Shown here: piece by piece, positions 46,794 to 59,300 of the stretch
How positions within the stretch are numbered: position 1 is the stretch's first letter
How the letters are laid out: every line of letters begins with the position of its first letter
Virus record (IMG/VR): IMGVR_UViG_3300042445_000748
Coordinates: 1-64,000 of that record
From: a virus
DNA length: 64,000 nucleotides
Strand: one strand, 5' to 3'
The notes under the pieces: model-generated
Database searches by the model: none
The model's input: the letters and a program-made list of their open reading frames with translations, nothing else
What the model was told of the DNA's origin: nothing
Made by a program: the position numbers and the translations under genes

Positions 46794-47956
46794 TATTCAA
46801 CATCCATGGCAAACCTAAACTCTATGTAGTTGCTAGTATTAGGACTTTTTACAATTGGTAATGAATCTATATTTCTTATAACTGTATAACCTGTTAAACC
46901 ATATGCTGGATTTATATTGTTTTTGCTTTCAACTCTCAGGGCATCTAGTGCTACATAGTAAGACCCATCTACAGTGTCAGCGGTTGATGCACCAGTTAAA
47001 ACTTGAGAATATACCTTAATTGTGTCTACTGATTTCCATGGAAAACCTTGAGTTATATTAATATCCTTTAATGCTTTGTTAACAACAAAATATCTGTTTA
47101 CATCAAAATCATAAGCAGAGTCATCATTAACATGATCAACTCTTGCTTCCATTCTTGCATACGCACCAGGAGTATTAGATGCAGAAAACTCTACTAAAAT
47201 TCGAGCAGCAATTTTTGATGTATTAATGTCTGGATCATTGCCATCTTTATTTAATACACTAAAAGCAAGTCTGAGTTCATCAGAAGTAGAATATTTTGAA
47301 AGGTTTGCAGATGTTCCAGATAACTGAATAAAATTACCAGCACCAACTAATGTTCCTGTTGATCCAGAAAATGTTGAGGAGTCTCCTCTCATTAAAACCA
47401 TGTTGTTTAAAAATCTTGATCTTTCATTCTTTTCATACCTAGATGTATTTAAGAAAATAGTATTATCTGCATTAGTTTGAAAAATATCTAACTCTAAAGA
47501 TGATCCGTTAACAATAAAATAATCTTTAATAACGTTTAGAATTAATGGGTCATCCAATGGCTCTGCAACAATATTCAAGGTATTAGAACCATTGATACTC
47601 CAGTTTTCTGATTGAGTAAAGGATAGCAATGATTTGCTATCACTAGAGCCTAATAATGGATTAAATCCTGCAGAGTATATTCCAACCTCAGTTATTTCGT
47701 ATCTTTCTTCTGTTGGTAATTCTGCAGTAAGTACAATTTTTGATATACCGTCTTCATTTACTATACCCCTTGAAGAAACTGGTACTCTAAACATTTCAAA
47801 ATCTAGTTCTGTCTTGTTTGAATAGTCTGGCTTTGTACCGCTAACGTATGGCTCTAAAGGCCTTGCACCGCAACCAACAGCGATATATGAAGCATATGAG
47901 GGAACTTGACCAAGTAGGTACTTCAATATTATATTTTTGCCAGTGCTAGTAATCAC
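46793..47956 (-). CDS. putative tail/baseplate protein
   Basis: MIT..GK, YIAVG.G, L..E..R, ITEVGIY pattern typical of tail-fibre/collar N-termini. Confidence 0.6.
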   Translation of the reverse strand: MITSTGKNIILKYLLGQVPSYASYIAVGCGARPLEPYVSGTKPDYSNKTELDFEMFRVPVSSRGIVNEDGISKIVLTAELPTEERYEITEVGIYSAGFNPLLGSSDSKSLLSFTQSENWSINGSNTLNIVAEPLDDPLILNVIKDYFIVNGSSLELDIFQTNADNTIFLNTSRYEKNERSRFLNNMVLMRGDSSTFSGSTGTLVGAGNFIQLSGTSANLSKYSTSDELRLAFSVLNKDGNDPDINTSKIAARILVEFSASNTPGAYARMEARVDHVNDDSAYDFDVNRYFVVNKALKDINITQGFPWKSVDTIKVYSQVLTGASTADTVDGSYYVALDALRVESKNNINPAYGLTGYTVIRNIDSLPIVKSPNTSNYIEFRFAMDVE

Positions 47957-47970
47957 TTAAATCTCCTATA

Positions 47971-48453
47971 TTATATTGTATCATAATAGACGCTTCCATT
48001 AGTTAGTATACTTATCTCCACTTGTTCATCATCTTCAATATTAATTAATTCTAGAATTAAATCTCCTGTTGATAATTCCATATAAACGTTTACACCATTG
48101 TTACCATTTGCAACATTTGGTATTTTTTGATCAAGAACAATTGTAAAGTTTTTAAAGTACTCATAAGATGTTTGAAAAACTGGGGCTAGGGTATAAGAAT
48201 TATAACTTTGTAATATTTTATTAGAATTATATATATTATCATAAACAAGATTAGAGCCAAACACTGTATCATTTCTATCAATATTAATAATTTCTTGTCC
48301 ACCAATATCCTCAAATATTAAATTAGACATAGTCTCTATGGATACTTCTTCGTCTCCAACTATTATATATTGCGGCTCTGCAACCTTGACCAAAGAACTA
48401 TCTGATGAACTAGAGTATATTATTTGTGGTGTATTTGGAATTGAATCACTCAT
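47971..48453 (-). CDS. putative minor tail protein
   Basis: position in tail operon. Confidence 0.5.
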   Translation of the reverse strand: MSDSIPNTPQIIYSSSSDSSLVKVAEPQYIIVGDEEVSIETMSNLIFEDIGGQEIINIDRNDTVFGSNLVYDNIYNSNKILQSYNSYTLAPVFQTSYEYFKNFTIVLDQKIPNVANGNNGVNVYMELSTGDLILELINIEDDEQVEISILTNGSVYYDTI

Positions 48454-51400
48454 CGGCTACCTCATAACAATATAACTTCATTGTTGGACCCTGTGCTGAT
48501 CTTGCATACTCAATATTATAAACAACAAATCTTTTATTTTCTGGTGCTATGATATCTTCATCATTAGAATTTTTATAATATAGGCTAACAATGTCTCCAA
48601 GTTGAATTGTTGGCATAGCAAATATGTCTAATCCAATTGCATTTTTAGGATCTATTGTTTTATTAACAATCCATCCAAGTAGTGCTTCAGCATCATCTTT
48701 TGATTGTATATATGGGGTGTCCATAGTAAACTCTTTTGTACCGTACTTGGATTTACTTATTTTTAACTTATTGTAGTTATCTTTAGACTCAGTATTTGAT
48801 TTTATAGCCTGATCATCTAAATATTGTGTTTTAATATAGTTTGAGTTTTCTTTATAATAATCTTCTACTGTCAAAGTGTGATTTGTTGATTGAGTAAATG
48901 CAACACCTTGAATTCTTAAATAGTTTCCAGATGTTTCATCTAGTGACAAAATAGTATCAGTTGCATTAAAAATTAAAAACTCTGCACCGTATGCGTCTGG
49001 CAAAAATCCAGAAACGGTATATCCTTTTATTTTATTAAAGGTTGGAGATATTTTAGAATATAGTGCTGGATATGCTTTATCAAACTTAACATTAAAATAT
49101 GCACACTCTCTCATAATTGACCCAAACTCATCAAAATAAAAGTTATAAGATGGTGGTTCTGAAGGACTTATTCCAGATAAATAGGTTGATTGTATTACAG
49201 AACTTAAGGCATATTTTCTAAATGCATCACTTGAGGTAAGTTCTTGGTTATCAAATATTTTATTAAATGGTATGTCTATATTTTCTGAAACATTTTTAGC
49301 ATAATTACTTCCCAAAGCAAATATATTTTCAAACATAATTTTAGATGTTCCTCTAGTAAACAAACACATGTTATTATAAATAGGAAGTGGATTTGTATCA
49401 TCAACTATAGCAACAATGTTATTATTTATATATAAATAAAATTTTCTTGTTTGTCCAATATCTAAATATTCAACAGCAATATCATATACGGTTGGATTAG
49501 ATTCCCCTGTCATTCTATACTGCCCAGTAAAATTACCATCATCAACCAAAATATTAGTTGAGCCAGACCACAATTTTACAGGAACGGCCATGTCTGTATC
49601 ATTATCTTTTCCTATTTTATAAAACAATAAATTGGCAATTGTGGAGCCATTAGCGTATTTATCTATGTTGGTTTCTGTTAATGCTGCAATTTCAAAATAA
49701 TAACCCACGTTGTTTGTAGGATTAACAATAACTCCTAGGCCACCAGATCCGCCACCAATGCTTATATTTTGAGATGGATCAGTTCCAGGAACTACATAAT
49801 ATGTCATACTTCCAACTGGTGTTTGACCTCTAACTTCATTATTCTCAACTTTGCCAATAATTCTTAATCTGGCACCAAAATGTTTAAACTTACTATCTAA
49901 TGGTTTATAAACATAATTAATATAATTAATTGGCTTTTGTTCAAAAGTAAATGATGGTCCAGTCATAACCAGTGCAGATGATTGTATATTCCCTGATTTT
50001 TTATTAATTGAATTTTTATTATCATATTCTGAAGTATAAGAACTTGATAGAAAGTTTTTAATAATACTGGTCCTAGTTGTTTGTTTTGCTATAGCGTTGC
50101 TCACTCCAGCCGCACCAACAACAACTGTTTTATCTAATGCTTTATCTGCAAACAAATATTCAGAGTACATATTACAGCCCTTTACGCTATTTTCATTAGT
50201 CCAATATGGATTTAATCCAGCATAGTGATTTGTAATTTGTGTCCCAAACTGACCCCTTCCATTCTTTACTACATCTCCTTCTTTTAAAATCTTTACGCCA
50301 TTAACTTCTACATAGTCTAACTCTGTATAAATTCTAATTAATCCAGTTGGATACATTTTTCCATTAAAGGGTAGTTGAGAAAAATAATTCTCATAATCTT
50401 CAACATTAGTTATCCAAATATTTCCTATTCCAGAAACGTTATATTCGACTGCGTCATATCTAATAACCTCACCATTTGAATAAAAATATCCATTATAGTT
50501 ACTAATCCAATATATATTTTCTCCAAGATCTATAATATTATTTAATAATACATTGTGACTAATTGATGGAATTTCGTTTGATAGAGATGAGCCTAGTGGT
50601 ATTGCTGCTAGAACATATGATGACATTGATGCAGCAGACTCATTTACAGTCTTAGTATTGCTTTTTCCAGAAACTTCCCATAACAGTGTTGGCTTATATA
50701 TCCAAGTTTTTTCTTTATCAATTAGTGTTGCTTGCTTTATTGATCCTAAAGTTTTTTGAATATATCTAGTAGTATAGTTAATTTTTCCAGAATTTAAAAC
50801 CTTGGTATCAACTATTGAGGCATTTAGTATATTTTCTTTATTGTTTATTTCATTATTTTTAGAGCCATAAAGAGTAATGTCTGACGTTCTATCTAATAAC
50901 TTTGGCACTGTATAGTTTTTACTCATTACAACCAGATCGTTTTCTTCATTAAAAAACATAGATGATTGAGAAGATATTGCCAAATCATTTAAAACTTGTG
51001 CAATATTTTTTTCTTCATTACAAAAAAAGAAAGGAATAGTAAGTTCTTGTTCATTTTCAATTTTTTTAAATATGTAGTTAGAAAATCCAGCATAGTCTAG
51101 TAGTGTAGAAATTACAAAACTCAAAGATACGTTTGTCAAAAATAAACTAGGTGCATTTATTTGCTCTAAATAAAAATAATAATCTCTTAACTGTATAGAT
51201 GTTTTTCCACTTTTAACATCTGTTTGTGGTACGGTATCTGAATAAAGTTTTTTTAATGGTATGTAATGATGAGCATTATCTATAGTTTGAATATCTTCAT
51301 AAAAACTGAACTTAACATTATTATTTAAATATTTATGCACAATACTATTTGTATTATTTTTATTAAAGGACATATCTGGATCTATTAACTCTAAGTTTCC

Positions 51401-52705
51401 AGTGGACGCTAAAAGTTGACCTACTGGCAATCCGTTTGTGCTTAAATCAGATATTGATTTATTTAAACTATAGTTGGTAACATTATCTGTTATGTCGGCC
51501 AGTAGTCTTGGAGATAATTCTATTAAATCAAAAACACTATCAAACTTGTTCATTGTGCTTACTATAACTCTTATTCCATCTATATACTGAAACTCTTTAT
51601 GTGAGATATTACTAGTACCAGTGTTACTATATGATATTACGTCTACTAATTCGGTTACCCTGGAAGTTTTGTCTATTTCACTTTCTAACAAGTCCCATCC
51701 ATATTCTGGAACAAATGAATCGTAGTCAAATCCATTATAAACATAAAGGGTTCCTATTTCGCTTTTATAGTTTTCAGAAACTAAATATGCATCACCATAT
51801 GAGGCAACACTTGGCAGTAGTGTTGTTGATAAAAGAATATTTATTAAAGAGAAATTATCTTTATATTTTGATGGAATAACTATCCCATACTTTAATTCAA
51901 CATGTCCATCAGAACCAACAATATTACTTCCGTCTGACCTTGCAGAATTTTCATTAAAATTAATTATGTCTATCCAATTATTATTATTTAAGACTTGAAC
52001 CTTCCAGGTGTTTGGAGTTGTCTGATTGACATATCCATAAAATGGATCTTCTATATTTTCAGAAACTGTTGAAAATGGTCCTAAATTAATTTCACCAACA
52101 TTTGTTTGCATCTTAATAACAATTCTATTAACTGGAATGCTATTTTTGTATACCACAAATGGTGCAACGTCGTCTATATAGTTTTTACTATTTAGTATAT
52201 TTTTAGCAATTCCCCTTTCAATATTATCTTCTGTTCTATAAGAACTCCAATATTTAAAATAGTCTCTTTTGTCTGACATATAGTATCTTGGTCTATTGGC
52301 TAAATATGAATTTGAATTATGAAAATATTTATTATTAAAGTACTGCATTTTATTTATTCCAGATCTTGGTCTAAATTTATTAAAACAATCTTCTAAAGAA
52401 AATAATTGTGCTTCTTTTTCTTTAATGGAGGTAAAAAGTTGTGGTTCATCTGAGTCGTCATAGCCACCATCTATTACTATGTCAGCATTAGTTGCGTCTG
52501 TATAAAAATTTCCACTATCGTTAGGGTCATAAAAATTAATAATATTTTTATATTTAGATGAATTTTCTAATGGTCGATGCCTATAGTTTCCAATTTTTAA
52601 TAAATTTTCTGCATCATTAAAATTCCATTCTGCTAAAACTAAGCCTTTAATATTTACATTATTTGACTCTTCAAAAACTTGTTTAACGCTATCATTTTTA
52701 AACAT
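48446..52705 (-). CDS. large tail tip/hub protein
   Basis: about 1420 aa, second gene after the tape measure; C-terminal P.IQLGDIV; start moved to MFKND. Confidence 0.7.
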   Translation of the reverse strand: MFKNDSVKQVFEESNNVNIKGLVLAEWNFNDAENLLKIGNYRHRPLENSSKYKNIINFYDPNDSGNFYTDATNADIVIDGGYDDSDEPQLFTSIKEKEAQLFSLEDCFNKFRPRSGINKMQYFNNKYFHNSNSYLANRPRYYMSDKRDYFKYWSSYRTEDNIERGIAKNILNSKNYIDDVAPFVVYKNSIPVNRIVIKMQTNVGEINLGPFSTVSENIEDPFYGYVNQTTPNTWKVQVLNNNNWIDIINFNENSARSDGSNIVGSDGHVELKYGIVIPSKYKDNFSLINILLSTTLLPSVASYGDAYLVSENYKSEIGTLYVYNGFDYDSFVPEYGWDLLESEIDKTSRVTELVDVISYSNTGTSNISHKEFQYIDGIRVIVSTMNKFDSVFDLIELSPRLLADITDNVTNYSLNKSISDLSTNGLPVGQLLASTGNLELIDPDMSFNKNNTNSIVHKYLNNNVKFSFYEDIQTIDNAHHYIPLKKLYSDTVPQTDVKSGKTSIQLRDYYFYLEQINAPSLFLTNVSLSFVISTLLDYAGFSNYIFKKIENEQELTIPFFFCNEEKNIAQVLNDLAISSQSSMFFNEENDLVVMSKNYTVPKLLDRTSDITLYGSKNNEINNKENILNASIVDTKVLNSGKINYTTRYIQKTLGSIKQATLIDKEKTWIYKPTLLWEVSGKSNTKTVNESAASMSSYVLAAIPLGSSLSNEIPSISHNVLLNNIIDLGENIYWISNYNGYFYSNGEVIRYDAVEYNVSGIGNIWITNVEDYENYFSQLPFNGKMYPTGLIRIYTELDYVEVNGVKILKEGDVVKNGRGQFGTQITNHYAGLNPYWTNENSVKGCNMYSEYLFADKALDKTVVVGAAGVSNAIAKQTTRTSIIKNFLSSSYTSEYDNKNSINKKSGNIQSSALVMTGPSFTFEQKPINYINYVYKPLDSKFKHFGARLRIIGKVENNEVRGQTPVGSMTYYVVPGTDPSQNISIGGGSGGLGVIVNPTNNVGYYFEIAALTETNIDKYANGSTIANLLFYKIGKDNDTDMAVPVKLWSGSTNILVDDGNFTGQYRMTGESNPTVYDIAVEYLDIGQTRKFYLYINNNIVAIVDDTNPLPIYNNMCLFTRGTSKIMFENIFALGSNYAKNVSENIDIPFNKIFDNQELTSSDAFRKYALSSVIQSTYLSGISPSEPPSYNFYFDEFGSIMRECAYFNVKFDKAYPALYSKISPTFNKIKGYTVSGFLPDAYGAEFLIFNATDTILSLDETSGNYLRIQGVAFTQSTNHTLTVEDYYKENSNYIKTQYLDDQAIKSNTESKDNYNKLKISKSKYGTKEFTMDTPYIQSKDDAEALLGWIVNKTIDPKNAIGLDIFAMPTIQLGDIVSLYYKNSNDEDIIAPENKRFVVYNIEYARSAQGPTMKLYCYEVADE

Positions 52706-53343
52706 TATACTTCTTCCAAAGTTATACTTACATCCCATAGGTCGTGGGTATTTGGACTTCTTTTTGTTACGTTATACGAAAAATCAGTTATGTATATTTC
52801 TTTAACTTCTTGATATTCTTTAATTCTATCCATAGTGTTTGTCTGGTCTTTAAAATTACTATATCTATCATAAGAAATAAATAAATAAAATGATTCTGGA
52901 TGGGTTAAGTACCAGTCTAATAATTCGTTTCCTCCTGCTCCACCATCTACCGTGTACTTGTCTGCTGCACCATTATCTTTTCCAGTTGTTACATTAAATT
53001 TAGGAATATTACTAAAAGATCTAGATGGTAGATTTTGCCAGGATACAGATAGAGTAAACTTATCTGCAACAAAGAATGATCTCATTTTTCCGTTTATAGT
53101 TCTTTCTCTTTGTTGTATTCTGTTATTTTTTACATCTATTCCGCCACGATTATGGTCTGATAAGATTAAAAATGCGGCACCCTCTTCGTCAATTTGATCT
53201 GAATTTGTACCAACCTCATAACCTTGAGGTACATGTGTTATACCGTTATCTCCTTCTTCTACGGTACCAGGAGATTCAGCAAACATAAGTGCTTGTGGTC
53301 TACCATATTTTTTTCTACCAGCAAGGTAATTTAAAGTTGCCAT
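52705..53343 (-). CDS. distal tail protein-like
   Basis: follows the tape measure; RTINGKMRS, WDVSITLEEV. Confidence 0.65.
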   Translation of the reverse strand: MATLNYLAGRKKYGRPQALMFAESPGTVEEGDNGITHVPQGYEVGTNSDQIDEEGAAFLILSDHNRGGIDVKNNRIQQRERTINGKMRSFFVADKFTLSVSWQNLPSRSFSNIPKFNVTTGKDNGAADKYTVDGGAGGNELLDWYLTHPESFYLFISYDRYSNFKDQTNTMDRIKEYQEVKEIYITDFSYNVTKRSPNTHDLWDVSITLEEV

Positions 53344-56300
53344 TATATTCTATTCCCCTTGATTCTTTGAGAATCTATTTGCTTAATCTGCATCATTACC
53401 GTTCTAGCAATCTCGTTAGGGTTTGCATCAGACTTAACATTAACACTCAAGTTATAATTATACACTGAAGATGATTGTTCGTAGTTACCTTTATTTATTG
53501 CCTTTAAGTTATCTACCCCAAATTTATCTACACCATACTTACTTACAATAAATTCTCCAGGGGTTAACATTGCTGGAACGGTGTCTGTTCCAACTGCAAA
53601 ACCACCTGAAGCAAATTTTGAAATCATTCCGCCAAGTGCTTTTTTCTTTGGAGTTAAATATGCTGCAGCCATAGCACTGTATCTTGCTGTTGCTAACTGA
53701 TTAGCGTTAGGGGCTTGTGCTGGAATAGTTGCAATTGGTTTCATTTTATTATCTAAAATTGTTTTAGCAGGGGTATAGGCAAGATTTTGAGCAGCGGTCT
53801 TAAGTAGTCCAGTTGACAAAGTTGCTTTTTGAGAAGCACTTAAACTAGACAAGTTTTGAGATGATGACGATCCTCCTGAGTTGCCCCCTGTACCGCCGCT
53901 ACCAGAAGAGGCTTTTGGTATATCAATTGTTTCTTGAGTTCCATCATCGTAGTATATAGTTGTTGAACCATCTTTATTTTTTACACGTTTTGTTTCTTTT
54001 TTACCAACTGGAGCATTTGGGTTAACTGTGCCTTCAAGTTTTCCACTATTATATTCGTTCATTTTATTTATTACTTCTTGCCATTTATCTTTTAGTATTG
54101 TTACTGCTTCTTGAGAATTTCTAATTGACTGATTGTATCGTCCTGTTGCAAAATCTGCTGCATCAATTTTTATTCTTTGCTCTTCCCATTGATCTTTTGT
54201 CATTCCAGCAATTCTTAATATTTCTGTTGCAGATTTAATTTCTTCATCTATGATGTCTAGTTTTACTTGAGAAAGTCTTGCTTGTTCTTGTAGAGGTGCA
54301 ATAGTATCTTGATCAATTCTGTAATTTTGATTTTTTAGGTTTTTAACTTTTTCTTCTAATTGATCTCTTGTTAATCCATTTGAAGTCAAACCATTAATTT
54401 GATTGTCTCTTGCATTTTCCATACCAATTCTTTGTTGCTCAAGTGAACTTGCTGCATTTTGTGCACGAAGTTCTTGTGCTGCTCGTGCCGCTGCATAAAC
54501 ATCTCCTTCAGAAAGTGCTTGTGCAACAGACAGCCTTCCCTGTTCTTGTCTAGCAATAATTTCATTTACTTTTTGTACTTTATCTAGTAATTTAAACTGC
54601 TTATCATACTTGTTGTTAATTTTTTCTGCTTCATCATTTATTGTATTTAGTCCATCTTCATATCTTGATATTAAATAACTGTTTGCTGCTTGAATACGTT
54701 GTGCTATTTTAATTTGTTTTTCTGCATTATCAACTATTAGTTTTTCTTTATTTATTTCACCTTTTCTTCCAAGTCTAATAATTTGTTCTTGAATATCAAA
54801 GTATTTCATTGCTGCATTATAGCCAGGATCAAATGCTTCTGAATAATTTCCCATACTCATAGCATTTTTAAATTGTGCTACTATTGCTTTTGCTTTAGAT
54901 GATACGATGCTTGTTAAACTTTTGTTTGTTTTTTCAGATGCAACTGCGGCTGCAAATGCATTATCTTTAATTGCTTCATATGCATCAGCAACTGGCATTC
55001 CCGCATTAACTAATTTTTTAAAAGCAACTGCTTGATTATTTGTGTCTGCAACAATTTTTTCTTGATCATTTTGATATTCACCTAAAGCAATATTGTTTAA
55101 TGCTTTTTGTAAAACACTTATGTCCTTAAACATTCCTTTATATTTGTCATAATCTTCTGCGGATAATCCAGTAATAAAATCAATAGTATTTTGATTAGCA
55201 CCTTGACCTCTAAGTTTTTGTGCCAAACCACCAAACCCTAATGTCTCTTTGGATAGTTTCTTTAAGGCCTTTCCAGAGGCATCCCAACCTACTGTGAGTT
55301 CCTGTGTAGCCTTTCTTACGTCTCTTAGTTTTTTTACTATGTCGTCTAATGGTGACCCTGTTGGTCCCCCGCCACTTCCAGCATCATCTTCAGGTTTAGT
55401 TGGAGTTGCTACAGTAGGATCCATTGCGTTTGTTTTCTTTTGTCCAAGTGCATTTGCGTATTGTTGCTTTTGAACTGGAAAAGATGCGTTTCTATATTTT
55501 TCTCCCCCACCAATACTGGCTGGTTCACCTAACCATTTTTGAACTTCTGGGTCACCATCAAAAACAGTCTTATCTTGTATAGACATAACAGTAGCAATTT
55601 CATTTAAATAAACCTGTCTTTCATTTTCAGTTAATTTATCAAAATATTCTTTATCAATTGCACCCAAATATTCTGGTGGTAAAAATGTAGTTGCAACATC
55701 ATAACTTAACTTTCCTTTATTTTCTTTAATCTGATCATACAAATTATTTAGATTATCTCTTGCGTCTTTATTATTTTCATAATAATTAACTAAATAAGCA
55801 ATGTCTAGTTCTCCACCAGTCATTGTTAATTGTTCGTAAAAATCAATAGTGTCTTGTGCTTCTTGATCATTTGCTGCACCTTCAACATTAAGTAAGAAAT
55901 TCTTTTGTGCTTCTTTATCTATTTCACCTTTGCTATCTAAAAACAATGAAGATATTTGTTCAACTCTTGCTGCTGAGGTTCCACCAAATTTTGTTATTAT
56001 ATTCATAACTGCATCAAGGTCTTTTTTGTTATCACCAAAAGAATCTAATAAAGATATCATAGTTGCTGGATCTATATTTTTATTTGCCATTTCCATAGTT
56101 AATCTTACTTTAGCAAGTTTGCTGCCCTGAGAAGCAGCAATTGCATCCTGTGCTAATGGAACAACATCTCCAAACATTGTACCTTCATATGCCTTTGTAG
56201 CCATCTTATCTGCTGAATCCTGATATGCTTTTTGCATTGCACCACTGCTATTTGCAAAATTGTCATCAATTATTTGTGTTGTTTCTTGTTGTTTATCTAA

Positions 56301-59300
56301 TAACTTTTGTCTACTAGTTATATATTCATTTTGAAGTTTATCTGCTTTTGCAGTATCTCCTGCAGCCCTAGCAATTTCAATTCTTTTTTCATATTCAACT
56401 TGTAAGCCATCTAACATTTGTTGGTTTTGTTGTAAGGCAATTGCAGACATAGCCAAATTTCCACCAGCAGCGGCAGACATTCTTGTTTTTCTTTCTGTCA
56501 TGCCTCTTATTCCACCAGCAATGGCACCTACTGCAGTACCAACTCCAGCACCAATAGCGGTTCCAATTACAGGAACAACTGAACCAACTACTGCACCTGC
56601 TAATGCTCCTGCACCTGCACCTGCGGCAACATTTCCTCCAAAACTTTTTACATCTTTTCCTGTAACTCTGGTTGCTCTTGTTGCTGCAGCATTTGACATT
56701 TGTAGTTGTTTGTTTCCTTGATCTACCAATTCCATTCTTACTTTTAATGGATCTTTTACTAAGTTTTCACCATTAGGTCCCAAAAGTTTTGTTAATTCAG
56801 CATTTACCTTAAGTCCAAATGCCATATTGCCCATTTGGTCTCCCATGTTAAGTGCAATAGATCTTGCTTCTTGGGCTGACAATGCTCCAGAAGTTACTGC
56901 TGTTGCCAATTGATTTGTTAAAGATCCACCTGCACCAGAAACCCCATTAGCAGCAATGTTTTGTCCAACTGCTTTAGTTAATGCCTGACCCTTTTCTCCA
57001 GTAACAAAAGATTCACCAAAAGTGGTCTTACCTTGAACTGTTTGATATTGTTTAATTCCATCAGATCTTCTTCTGTTCATTATTTCTGAGGCAGATACAT
57101 TACCTGCAAATTCTGCTAACTCTTGTATACTCTTAGATGATGCTCCAGTTTTTTCTGCTAAATCTATCGCTGCATCTCTTGCTTTGTCCATTGCCATTCT
57201 TTGTTGAACATACAAACCAACAATAGCACCAACGCCAACTGCTAATGCACCAAACTTAGAACTAAGGAGTGGAGTTATAAGAGTAAGAGCCATGAGTGGC
57301 ATCATTAACTTTTGAGATATTTCTCCAATTTTTCCAGGTGCCATTGAACCCATCATTGCGACCATAGAGGCAGACATTGCTGCAGTTCCCATACCAGAAG
57401 AAAGTCTTTGTCCTATAGCACTTTTTGATTGACTGCTTGTTCCTTGATTATTGCTACCGCTTAAAATTCCTTGCTTTGCTAATTTATCTTGTTGTCTTCT
57501 AATTGATTTGTCTGTTGCTGTAATGCCAGTCGATTTTCCATACAAAGCATTTGCTGATTGTGAAGAAGAAACACCTGATGCTCCTGCTTGTCCAAGTTGG
57601 CGACCAACTCTTTGAAAATCATCAACAGATTCTTGCATTCCAACAATTGCACCTTGTGCTCCGTCTTGTGCGGCTTTACGCATTTTTTTAGATGGTGATT
57701 TGTTTTGAAATGCTTCATTAATTCCTTGAGACATACTATCTAGTGATTGTGATACTGCTCTGTTAGCAGTTATATTTAAGTCTTTGGCAATCTTTCTGCT
57801 CTTTCTTTGTATTTCTGCAACTGCTGCTCTATTGGTTGGATTCCCTATACCTGAACCAGTTATGGGAACATTAGGGCCTGCTAAAACTCTATTTTCTGGA
57901 ACTACATGTGCTCTTGATAATGCCTTACCTCCAGGATTTTCTATTGGTAATACTCTTTCAACTCCTGCACTCTTTGATTGAAAACTACTTGCATTTCCAG
58001 TTCTAGCACTATATATTGTTGACCTTGTTATTTCGCCAGTTTTATTATTAAATACAACACCAGGTTTTCTTAAGTTTCCACCTTGACGAATATCTTCGTC
58101 TGTTGGATACATGAGTTTTTGCAAACCTGGAACTGATCTTGCTGCTGAGCCACCCGCTGCAGTCATTCTGTTTAAAATTGCATCTATTTTTGGTTTTGCT
58201 TTAGCAAATGCTTCACTAATATGATTTGAATCTATAGCAGTTTTTCTTACTTCATTTGCTATTTCATCAGTATACATAGTAATTTCTGGTGCAAGTTGTT
58301 CAATGGCTTTTTTAGTTAATCTCATATTTTCTTCTACACCAACTGCTGCAATTGCTGAATTTCTTAATGATTGTGAAAATCCTTTTTCATTAACAAAACC
58401 TTTATCCATTCCAAAACCACCAGCAGTATTTCCTGGTGCAAACATAGTATATGGACCCATAAGTTTAGATTGACCACCATAAATAGCACTGTTATTTGGA
58501 TCTCTTCCTTTAGCAAATCCTGGTATGTTGTTAGCAATCATTCCACTAATTAGTGGTGCATATTTTTTAGCCATTGGTGCAGGAATTATTGCTTCTTTAG
58601 GAGAAAGCATTGCTGGAACTTTATCTCCAGTACCATTTCCTGGAACACTTACTACACCTTTTGCATATCCTTTAGGTTGAGGTCTAGGTCCCTTTCCTGG
58701 TACCCCGCCCAAACCAAAAGCACGTTGTGCTGCAACTGCTTGATTATATGATGCTGCAAGTCTTTTAATTGCTTCTGCTTCTGAATTAAAACTTTGAGTT
58801 AACTTCATATGTGTTTGATCTAATGAAGCAGCAACTGCGGCAGCCTCTAGTTGTTGTTGTGTAAGATAGTCTGTTTGCATTCCCAGAACGGTAGATGATT
58901 GTCCAGCCCTATTAAATACTCCCTTAATGGCTGTAAATCCTTTAATTATATTTGCCAAACCGTTAGCAAGCAAACCAAATGACATAAGTACTACTGGTCC
59001 TATACCTGCTAGGATTGCTGTAAAGTATGTTATAAATTGTTTTGTACCGTCGCTAAAGTCATTAAACTTATTTAATATTTTTGAGAAAAACTCAACAACT
59101 GGAGTTAACGCTTTTAGGAATTCTGCACCAATAGGAACTAAGGTAACTTTTAAGTCTTCAATTTGTTTCTTAAATTTATACATTGGTGAGTCTTCAATTT
59201 TTTTCATTTCTCGCTCAGATAATATTGCTAACTCTTCGACTGTTGCACTGGTTAATTGTGCTACTGTTTGAGCCTGAGTTCCTTCTTTAATAACATTTTG